A stretch of DNA of 10,144 nt from a virus (lineage: Duplodnaviria; Heunggongvirae; Uroviricota; Caudoviricetes), in IMG/VR virus record IMGVR_UViG_3300029742_000228, positions 1 to 10,144 of that record. The stretch is one strand, 5' to 3'. How positions within the stretch are numbered: position 1 is the stretch's first letter; each line of letters begins with the position of its first letter. Below the pieces are notes generated by a model. It worked only from the letters and a program-made list of their open reading frames with translations. It had not been told where the DNA came from and did not search any database. Shown here in pieces: positions 1 to 9,472 of the stretch. The translations under genes and the position numbers were made by a program.

Positions 1-584
1 ATCATCCACCCAACTTAACTGAAACCAGGATGAAGTATATGCATATAAAGTTCACTTTGCCAAACGTCAGTATAAAAAACCACATAAAAAATAGGGTGTG
101 ATAAAAAATACCGTAACAATAAAGCAAAGGATTATAAATTCCGTTACAGTTACAAATGATACTCAAGAAACAATTCCTTAGGAAAAACTTATTTACAGCC
201 AATAAGTAAGACACTTATATGATATCAAGTTTTCATAAAACATAACTAGGCTAAATAGCTGCGCCTAATACCGCTACACTTTTGCCAGCCCATGTTTGCC
301 TCCGGGTATTGACCCCTTCTCTACGCAACTTCAGTTCCCACCACCAACTTTGCGGCAGCTTTGTAGGATCAATGTCTAAAAGAATAATGGTGACCGATAA
401 GAAAACGACTGAATAACTGCAAATTTTCGCTCAAAACCTTCCTGTCAGATCCATAGCGAATCAAGTGCTGAATGTCACAGTATCAAACAGAAAACAGTGA
501 CGATCTAACCCTTCAAGAATATTCTACGATTGTTCTGTTTAGGAAAAGCAAGGCGGGAAGTCGGGAGATAAGTCATTGATAAAG

Positions 585-646
585 TGGCGGAGAGAGGGGG
601 ATTTGAACCCCCGGTAGAGTTGCCCCTACTCCGGTTTTCGAGACCG
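585..646 (-). tRNA. Partial tRNA-Ser (anticodon CGA, serU-like): 3' portion only, from anticodon loop through variable arm, T-arm and acceptor CCA; 5' half absent. Interpreted as the att core duplicate at the prophage end.
   Basis: Reverse complement of 585-646 reads CGGTCTCGAAAACCGGAGTAGGGGCAACTCTACCGGGGGTTCAAATCCCCCTCTCTCCGCCA: anticodon loop CUCGAAA, long variable arm typical of tRNA-Ser, T-arm GGGGGTTCAAATCCCCC, 3' CCA. It matches my recollection of E. coli serU. The match stops at 646/647, so the D-arm and 5' acceptor strand are missing. Confidence 0.75.
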
Positions 647-1075
647 ATGATACAGAGTCGAAAAATCAAAGAGTTAAAAATTTCTCTTGGAATAAATGTC
701 TTAAAATTGTACACGAAAAATCAATGAATTACATAACATTAAAGAAGAATATTCCAAGCCTTCTTGAGGCTACCACCTGTTTTCAGGTGTCATTCAGACG
801 TGATTTGCCCCAGATTGGGAAAGCACGCTTTTTTCTCAGCTATCGCCCTCTTATTTTGCCGTTACATTTCTTTTTGCACTCTAATGATTAATTTACAATA
901 ATAATATCGGTAATTATTGAGTAATAATAAATTGATTATTGCAAATGTAATTTAATTCCATCTTCGCGTTATATTCCAATCTTTAATCTCCGCATGGAAC
1001 AAGTTGCATGCGTGACTATATTAAGACAACTTATAACCACCAAAACATTTGCTTTGCAAGCAAAAACAGTGACCA

Positions 1076-1104
1076 TTGACTCTAAGAAAATTCCGATCTA
1101 TTGT
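1076..1104 (+). promoter_or_regulatory. Candidate sigma70-like promoter: -35 TTGACT (1076-1081), 17-bp spacer, -10 TATTGT (1099-1104)
   Basis: Hexamers read directly from the sequence, located about 35 nt upstream of the small ORF at 1139. AT-rich context makes chance matches common. Confidence 0.2.
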
Positions 1105-1138
1105 TAGGATCATCAAAGTTACTTAACAGTATTCCGAA

Positions 1139-1240
1139 ATGAAAATACAAAGCAAGCTAATTGTCTTATTAAACATTATCATTGCATTTATATTATTTGA
1201 GCTTTTAGCTCAAAAATTTGGTTTGAGTACATTATTTTAA
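1139..1240 (+). CDS. Hypothetical 33-aa hydrophobic peptide (MKIQSKLIVLLNIIIAFILFELLAQKFGLSTLF); possible small membrane protein or type I toxin-like moron, or a chance ORF in AT-rich DNA
   Basis: ATG at 1139, TAA at 1238-1240. Lys-containing N-terminus followed by a roughly 18-residue hydrophobic stretch. No strong Shine-Dalgarno. Candidate promoter upstream and a plus-strand terminator downstream. Confidence 0.2.
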   Translation: MKIQSKLIVLLNIIIAFILFELLAQKFGLSTLF

Positions 1241-1389
1241 AGCAAGATAAACAATATCGGGCACTCTAGTTTTTATAATTAACAATTAAACGTCCATAAA
1301 ATGTTATTTACTTTTCTTCGCTATTGTCATATCTTAATATAGTGGCTTACGCCACTCTACTTTCATCACATTTTGTACGTTTATGTACT

Positions 1390-1422
1390 CGCCATGAAGC
1401 TCTTTCATGGCGATTTTTTATT
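1390..1422 (+). terminator. Rho-independent terminator-like hairpin (stem CGCCATGAA / TTCATGGCG, loop GCTCT) followed by ATTTTTTATT
   Basis: Perfect 9-bp stem at 1390-1398 and 1404-1412 followed by a T-run on the plus strand. The minus-strand side lacks a U-run, so it appears to be plus-oriented. Confidence 0.5.
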
Positions 1423-1505
1423 CTTAATCCAAGAACATACTCCCTACCTATAGCAAAATCACTTTTTTAACAAAAGAATAACGTATTTAGGTAATCATTA
1501 CGAAT

Positions 1506-1640
1506 TTACCCTATAGGTGCTACTGGCCATTCAATATCCGGTGCAGTTGATGTATCAACACGGTTCAGCAACACCCGATACTTTTTCCAGGCTTCCAGCA
1601 ACGAGTTTTCTTCCTCCGTTGCGATCTCCAGCTCAACAAC
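1506..1640 (-). pseudogene. tfa: 3' remnant of a tail fibre assembly (Tfa) gene: last ~45 codons only, with no start and no N-terminal domain
   Basis: Minus-strand translation gives ...[42 protein letters not shown], stop at 1506-1508. This matches the conserved C-terminus of lambda-family Tfa proteins as I recall it. It lies in the same frame as, and immediately after, the TGA stop of the upstream fibre ORF. Confidence 0.6.
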
Positions 1641-1685
1641 AGTCTGAACGTACCAGGAACAGCCTCCTTCAGGGCTTGAAGGATA

Positions 1686-3863
1686 TCAATGTTCGCTTCC
1701 TGTTAACTGCCGGACAAGTGCAACCAGTTCGCTTACCTGATTTTCCAGAGTGCTGATCCGGGTGCCTGCTGTTGCCAGATTTTGACGTAGCGTTGTGTTT
1801 TCCTCTTCCAGCGCGGTAACGCGATCATCTGTTTCACGGGCGACCTGAACAAGTAAACCTGTCACGGCAGAGTAGTCAACATTAAGATAGCGCGTTTCTT
1901 CGCGTAGCTCGTTGCCGTCAACGGTCGGACCTTGCAACTCTTCACCGTAATGAGTAAACGATCCCACAGCTTCTGGTATCGCCTCCATTACTTCCTGTGC
2001 AATAACGCCAGCATAAGGCATCCCGTTGTCCTTGAACGTGTAGGTGTATCCGTTCATTTTACGGATTGCTTTCGTCGCGTCGCTGATAACGAGAATATCG
2101 TCTTTAAGGTCGCGGTCTGATGACTGATTCAGCGTTGTGCAATTAATAGCGCCATTTACATCAAACAACTGGCCTGCTGACGTTTTTTGCGCATAAAACA
2201 GATACGCAGCAGACGTTCCAACCTCAAAAACGTTTTGTCGATCACTTGATCCCCATACTTTTGCGGCAAATGATAGTTCTGTATTACCTAAGTTCTGTAA
2301 AACAAAACGATTGCCAGTCCCTGATTGCTTTGTAAGGGTTAAATCAACAGTTGAGTTAACCTCATCCTTGTTGATAGTGAGCGCCTGCGCTTTAGCCCCG
2401 TTAACAGCACCTGTTTTGAGTTGAACCGCGCCGTCATTACCATTTAGCAGTATCTCAGCTCCGCTAAAGAAATTTTTTAGCGACAGCATCTTACTTACGC
2501 CGACTGATGAACCCAACGCCCACGCGAGAGAATTACCGGTGCTATCAAACCCACGTACAAAGCAATCCATTTTGCTATAGTCTGACGTGCTTCCAAGGAC
2601 ATCAATTCGCCCTCCGCCAGATTTTACCGGGTTAGATGTGGTTAATGACCTGACAGCAAGATCGGTAGATGCATTGAGATCGTCTACTGTTAATAGTCGT
2701 TTCCATCCCTTATCAACCCCAGCCTCAAAGCTTCTTGCCCAAAATTTGGAGTTGCGACCGGCGAATTGTGTGACGTAATTACCGCTAAATTGAGCATGGA
2801 ATCCGCCAACAACCATTGTTCCGTCAGGACCGCCTGCGCTCCCTGCTATTGGCTTAAACTTATTTACATTCTCTGTATGTTGAGTGCTCCAGTTTTGCCC
2901 TGTGTGAACAACCAATCCCTGATAAGAACTGAAGGTACCATCAAGGTTAAAATTAAAGAACTTACTGTTCCCTGAATTATTTATGTCCCTGACAACAATT
3001 TCACCAGAAGCGTTAGCGGCCCTTAGTTCAGTTTGATCGACAACCGGACCTCCTTCGGATTGTAATCTTTGAGAAACAAATGTTCTGTTTGAAGCGTCCG
3101 TACCGTACGCGGTGAAAGATTGTGTTGCTTTAATCTGACCATTGTTTACAAATATAGGAATAGTGACGGTAAAATTTTTGTCAAAACTCAGGCCATTTGT
3201 TAATGCAATCCTTTCTGACACCCCTTGTCTGAACGGAAGGTTGCTGTAGAAGCCATGTTCACCGCCAGTGAAGTCAAGAACATTTTTAACAAAGTTCTTG
3301 TCGTTATCCTCCGTTGACGTTGATACACCAAACTTATATCTAACCCCGTTGTCACCAATTACGTAGTCTTCTGTTGGAACCTTAACTTTTGCCTTGTAGC
3401 CAGTTTGCACAACGACAGGAAAAGCGCTTTTATGGATGTAGAAAGCTACATGCTGCGCATAATCTCTTTGCGACGCTTTAATGCAAAGTATCCCGAGTTC
3501 ATTTTTTTCATAGCAAACAAATGACCCGTAAGCCACATCGCGAACGTCACTCCAGCCACCGCATCGAAAATATCCACTAAATGTATTGCTATTAAGCGGG
3601 TCTGATGATAAACGTCCTGCTGTTTTTATATCAATAGGACATGTCAGGTTGCCGTAACCTTCCATTGCGGATGTGTCTATTATGACAGGGTAGTATTTGC
3701 CATCCACTGCACCACCAGGTGCATTAATGGTCATCGCTTTTGTTAACCCACCCTCAGGGATTTGCAAATTAGTTTTGGCGTCATCAAGGCTATTTGCGCC
3801 AGTGCCACCATGAGAAACATCAAGTGGTATCCATTTTTTTGTGTGTCGCTGTAACACCCCCAT
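1686..3863 (-). CDS. Tail fibre / tailspike distal (receptor-binding) protein with a C-terminal intramolecular chaperone auto-processing domain (Peptidase S74 type), 725 aa
   Basis: Long minus-strand ORF. The C-terminal ~144 aa contain S-D-R-D-L-K (Ser-Lys dyad spacing), GYTYTFKDNG, GVIAQEVMEAIPEAV and a terminal coiled-coil-like segment, the hallmark of self-cleaving fibre chaperone domains. The N-terminus contains a GGTGA-type fibre motif. This stretch looks more AT-rich than the J region. Confidence 0.8.
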   Translation of the reverse strand: MGVLQRHTKKWIPLDVSHGGTGANSLDDAKTNLQIPEGGLTKAMTINAPGGAVDGKYYPVIIDTSAMEGYGNLTCPIDIKTAGRLSSDPLNSNTFSGYFRCGGWSDVRDVAYGSFVCYEKNELGILCIKASQRDYAQHVAFYIHKSAFPVVVQTGYKAKVKVPTEDYVIGDNGVRYKFGVSTSTEDNDKNFVKNVLDFTGGEHGFYSNLPFRQGVSERIALTNGLSFDKNFTVTIPIFVNNGQIKATQSFTAYGTDASNRTFVSQRLQSEGGPVVDQTELRAANASGEIVVRDINNSGNSKFFNFNLDGTFSSYQGLVVHTGQNWSTQHTENVNKFKPIAGSAGGPDGTMVVGGFHAQFSGNYVTQFAGRNSKFWARSFEAGVDKGWKRLLTVDDLNASTDLAVRSLTTSNPVKSGGGRIDVLGSTSDYSKMDCFVRGFDSTGNSLAWALGSSVGVSKMLSLKNFFSGAEILLNGNDGAVQLKTGAVNGAKAQALTINKDEVNSTVDLTLTKQSGTGNRFVLQNLGNTELSFAAKVWGSSDRQNVFEVGTSAAYLFYAQKTSAGQLFDVNGAINCTTLNQSSDRDLKDDILVISDATKAIRKMNGYTYTFKDNGMPYAGVIAQEVMEAIPEAVGSFTHYGEELQGPTVDGNELREETRYLNVDYSAVTGLLVQVARETDDRVTALEEENTTLRQNLATAGTRISTLENQVSELVALVRQLTGSEH
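1689..2120 (-). other. Peptidase S74 / intramolecular chaperone domain of the fibre protein; predicted autocleavage at the Ser encoded at 2118-2120
   Basis: The motif SSDRDLKDDI is encoded at about 2090-2125 on the minus strand (tca tca gac cgc gac ctt). Everything downstream to the stop would be the released chaperone. Confidence 0.7.
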
Positions 3864-5287
3864 GTTGATCCGGTTAAACCCAGGCGCATGGATTTATCAT
3901 GGTTATATAACCATGTTTCGCTATTCCATTGGTCAAGACGGTCCACTTCATTTTTGCGAGCGTGGCGTGTCCATTGCGGGCCTGTTGTCGGACTCCAGCG
4001 ATAGGTATAAAGCGAGCGAGTAGTCCATCCCTGAAATACACCTGTATACGCTGGAGTTCCATCTACCTGACTAATAAACCCCGTAAGACTGCTTTCACCG
4101 GATGCAATAGACGGGAAACCTGTTGCATCAGCCATGATGCGCATAAAGCCAATATAACCTGATGGATTTCCTGAGATGTCAGAGCAACCACGCGGTGATG
4201 ATCCCAAACCGATGTTAGTACCAACAATACCCTGGGCCTGGTTGCGATAATTAAGTGCGTCCGCCGCAGATTTCGCCGCGTTTGTTTCACTGGATTTAGC
4301 ATTAGTTTCGCTGGCTTTAGCGTTTGTTTCGCTGCTCTTTGCTGCTGCCTCGCTATTTTTCGCGTTGGTTTCTGATTTTTTGGCTGCTGTCGCGGAGTTT
4401 GCCGATGCAGTTTGTGAGTCTGCTGCCGCCTGTGCGCTGTTATCCGCATTCGTCTCAGACGTTTTTGCGGCCTTCGCGGAATTTCCTGCCGCCGTTGCCG
4501 AGGAAGCTGCACTACTGGCACTTGATGATGCGTTCGTTTCTGATGATTTCGCTACCTCTTTTGAGGCCGCCGCATCCCGGGCTGAGGTGGCAGCTTCTGA
4601 CGCTTTCGTGGTCGCGGTGGATGCAGAAGTAGCTGCAGATTTTTGTGACACTGCAGCATTCGTTTCTGACGTTTTCGCCGCACCGGCACTGGTGGCCGCC
4701 GCGCTTTTTGAGGACTCTGCAGCGGCAGCACTTTTTGATGCTTCAGTGGCCTTTGTTGATGCCGTTCCTGCGCTGGAAGACGCTGACTGAGCCGACGACG
4801 CGGCCTGTCCGGCTGACGTGCTGGCTGCGCGTGCTGAGCCTGCAGCATCAGTCGCATGGGTTGCCGCCTCACGGGCTGATGTGCCGGCATCGCTGGCTGA
4901 CTTCTTCGCGGCTGCCGTGTTCTGTGCCACTGCGGACGCGTTACGCGCCACCTCTTCCACCATCAGTTCAAAGCGGCGCAGTGCCTCCGGACGGGCATCA
5001 TCCTCCGTCATGGCACCGAGAAAATCATTCAGCGTACCCGGTTGTGAGTCTTCATACACGGTGATGGTCCCGGCATGCGATGGCGGGAAGCCTTCCACCA
5101 TCAGAATAACGCTGTACTGACCGTACTCAACGTCCATGCTGTAACGCCCGGCTTCATCCGGATTTTCTGAGGCCACCGTGTTCACCACCACCGTGGTGCT
5201 GTTACGTTTTGCTTTCAGCTGGATTGTGCAGTTCTGTACCGGTTTACCTGCACCGTCTTTCAGTACACCTGAAATCTTTACTGCCAT
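3743..5287 (-). CDS. stf: Side tail fibre protein, N-terminal/shaft part: lambda Stf-like N-terminus, then an Ala/Ser/Thr-rich heptad repeat region, then a non-lambda segment. Its last ~40 codons overlap the next ORF out of frame.
   Basis: Translation begins MAVKISGVLKDGAGKPVQNCTIQLKAKRNSTTVVVNTVASENPDEAGRYSMDVEYGQYSV..., near-identical to my recollection of the lambda Stf N-terminus. ATG at 5285-5287, preceded by GGGGTG. The ORF track's start at 5293 is an upstream GTG. Confidence 0.8.
   Translation of the reverse strand: MAVKISGVLKDGAGKPVQNCTIQLKAKRNSTTVVVNTVASENPDEAGRYSMDVEYGQYSVILMVEGFPPSHAGTITVYEDSQPGTLNDFLGAMTEDDARPEALRRFELMVEEVARNASAVAQNTAAAKKSASDAGTSAREAATHATDAAGSARAASTSAGQAASSAQSASSSAGTASTKATEASKSAAAAESSKSAAATSAGAAKTSETNAAVSQKSAATSASTATTKASEAATSARDAAASKEVAKSSETNASSSASSAASSATAAGNSAKAAKTSETNADNSAQAAADSQTASANSATAAKKSETNAKNSEAAAKSSETNAKASETNAKSSETNAAKSAADALNYRNQAQGIVGTNIGLGSSPRGCSDISGNPSGYIGFMRIMADATGFPSIASGESSLTGFISQVDGTPAYTGVFQGWTTRSLYTYRWSPTTGPQWTRHARKNEVDRLDQWNSETWLYNHDKSMRLGLTGSTWGCYSDTQKNGYHLMFLMVALAQIALMTPKLICKSLRVG
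3898..3915. repeat. Perfect 18-bp palindrome CATGGTTATATAACCATG
   Basis: Read directly from the sequence. It lies 35 nt upstream of the ATG of the distal fibre ORF, inside the 3' part of the stf ORF, and causes the mirrored HGYITM peptides in the spurious ORFs on both strands. Confidence 0.9.
4253..4936 (-). repeat. Low-complexity tandem repeat region inside stf encoding Ala/Ser/Thr-rich 7-residue units (e.g. KSSETNA, KASETNA, KNSEAAA); about 21-nt DNA periodicity
   Basis: Repeated GCGAAAC(T/A)AA(T/C)GC-type units are visible on the plus strand around 4262-4400. The protein shows heptad periodicity across roughly residues 118-345. Confidence 0.6.
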
Positions 5288-5297
5288 ATTCACCCCA

Positions 5298-5325
5298 CAA
5301 AAAAGCCCGCCTGAACCGGCGGGCT
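5298..5325 (-). terminator. Rho-independent terminator downstream of lom (stem AGCCCGCC / GGCGGGCT, then U-run on the minus-strand transcript)
   Basis: Plus strand shows AAAAAAA then GCCCGCC-TGAACC-GGCGGGCT. On the minus strand this is a GC-rich hairpin followed by TTTTTT, sitting between the lom stop (5352) and the stf start (5287). Confidence 0.5.
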
Positions 5326-5351
5326 GTCATAACACTGTGTTACCTGGCTAA

Positions 5352-5951
5352 TCAGAACTTATAACCGACACCCACGATGAAACCGTCAGTGCGCCAGTCG
5401 CCACTGCCGGAGCCTTCATAAGCAATATCAATGGCCACGGATTCGGTCGGGTTAAACTGCACGCCAGCCCCCCACGCCAGAGACGTGTTGCTGCGGCGAC
5501 CGTCATCACTTCCGGTCAGCACTTCGTGCGTTTTCCCCTTGTTGTCAGTTACGCGGAGATAATCCCCGGAGAAAGTCGAAATACGGCTGTAAGCCACACC
5601 CGCCATCGCATACGCGCTGAACCATTCATTCACGCGCACAGACGGCCCCGCCATCACGCTGAACCAGCGGTTACGCACGGAATCTTCATGCCAGCGGGTA
5701 TCGCTGTAATGAGTCAGCTGGCGATTCTTGTCTTCTGCATAGCTGAATGACGTCACCATCCCCAGCGTGTCCGTAAACTCATAACGGTATTTCACGTTAA
5801 TCCCGTTAAGATCATCACTGCCGGGAACGTTGGTCCGGGCATGAAGATACCCCGCGCTCAGCGTGGACTGATGTTCAGACGCCCATGCAGGCGCACAGGA
5901 TACGGCCAGACAAATGGCTGCGGACAAAATGGCGGCATAAAGTTTACGCAT
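5352..5951 (-). CDS. lom: Lom, Ail/Lom-family outer membrane beta-barrel protein (lysogenic-conversion moron), 199 aa with signal peptide
   Basis: Translation MRKLYAAILSAAICLAVSCAPAWASEHQSTLSAGYLHA...DGFIVGVGYKF matches lambda Lom as I recall it, including the C-terminal aromatic residue typical of OMPs. Shine-Dalgarno GAGAGG upstream of the ATG at 5949-5951. Confidence 0.9.
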   Translation of the reverse strand: MRKLYAAILSAAICLAVSCAPAWASEHQSTLSAGYLHARTNVPGSDDLNGINVKYRYEFTDTLGMVTSFSYAEDKNRQLTHYSDTRWHEDSVRNRWFSVMAGPSVRVNEWFSAYAMAGVAYSRISTFSGDYLRVTDNKGKTHEVLTGSDDGRRSNTSLAWGAGVQFNPTESVAIDIAYEGSGSGDWRTDGFIVGVGYKF

Positions 5952-5974
5952 AATTACCTCTCGCTTTTCTGCAA

Positions 5975-5999
5975 TAAAAAAGGCGTCATTTCTGACGCC
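5975..5999 (-). terminator. Rho-independent terminator-like hairpin between the J stop and lom start (stem GGCGTCA / TGACGCC, loop TTTC, then U-run on minus strand)
   Basis: Plus strand reads AAAAAAA-GGCGTCA-TTTC-TGACGCC at 5975-5999. On the minus strand this is a hairpin followed by TTTTTT. Confidence 0.5.
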
Positions 6000-6017
6000 C
6001 GTTATGGGTTATAAAAT

Positions 6018-9412
<3,395 letters not shown>

Positions 9413-9472
9413 TCGTCATGCTCCATAAACGATAAAACCGCCCGGAGGCGGTTTCACATAAAACATTTTGCA

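Noticed and set aside
2-214. 70-aa minus-strand ORF running off the window start (Phe/Leu/Ile-rich)
   Set aside because: GTG start with no ribosome-binding site in very AT-rich DNA; its composition is what AT-rich sequence gives by chance. A real gene continuing beyond the window cannot be excluded.
505-714. 69-aa minus-strand ORF
   Set aside because: It overlaps the tRNA-Ser fragment; the apparent ORF is produced by translating tRNA and att sequence.
724-891. 55-aa plus-strand ORF in the AT-rich accessory region
   Set aside because: No Shine-Dalgarno, no recognisable motif, and below the usual length threshold. Kept only as a possibility alongside the 33-aa ORF.
1185-1215. Short hairpins in the AT-rich region (TTGAGC-TTTTA-GCTCAA at 1197-1213, CACCTG-TTTT-CAGGTG at 774-789, AGTGGC-TTAC-GCCACT at 1342-1357)
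   Set aside because: Stems of 6 bp in AT-rich DNA without adjacent U-runs are expected by chance; they are not called as terminators or regulatory sites.
1517-1756. 79-aa plus-strand ORF
   Set aside because: It lies antisense to the tfa remnant and the 3' end of the distal fibre gene. The minus-strand reading gives a recognisable Tfa C-terminus, so the plus frame is a shadow.
3841-4162. Short ORFs on both strands (3841-4023 plus, 3874-4062 minus, 3929-4162 plus) sharing an HGYITM peptide
   Set aside because: The mirrored peptide is a consequence of the 18-bp palindrome. These frames lie inside the stf coding region and are not independent genes.
4324-5120. Several plus-strand ORFs of 100-141 aa (4324-4632, 4365-4790, 4645-5064, 4818-5120) and a minus-strand 152-aa ORF (4063-4521)
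   Set aside because: They lie antisense to, or in alternative frames of, the GC-rich low-complexity stf repeat region. Their translations are Ala/Arg/Pro-rich with no start context, the typical look of spurious frames within a real gene.
1686-5287. Invertible tail-fibre segment (Mu G-segment or Pin/Gin/Cin-type) or a diversity-generating retroelement acting on the fibre
   Set aside because: There is no recombinase gene, no inverted duplicate of the fibre 3' end with an alternative C-terminus, and no reverse transcriptase or template repeat in the window. The single palindrome alone is not enough.
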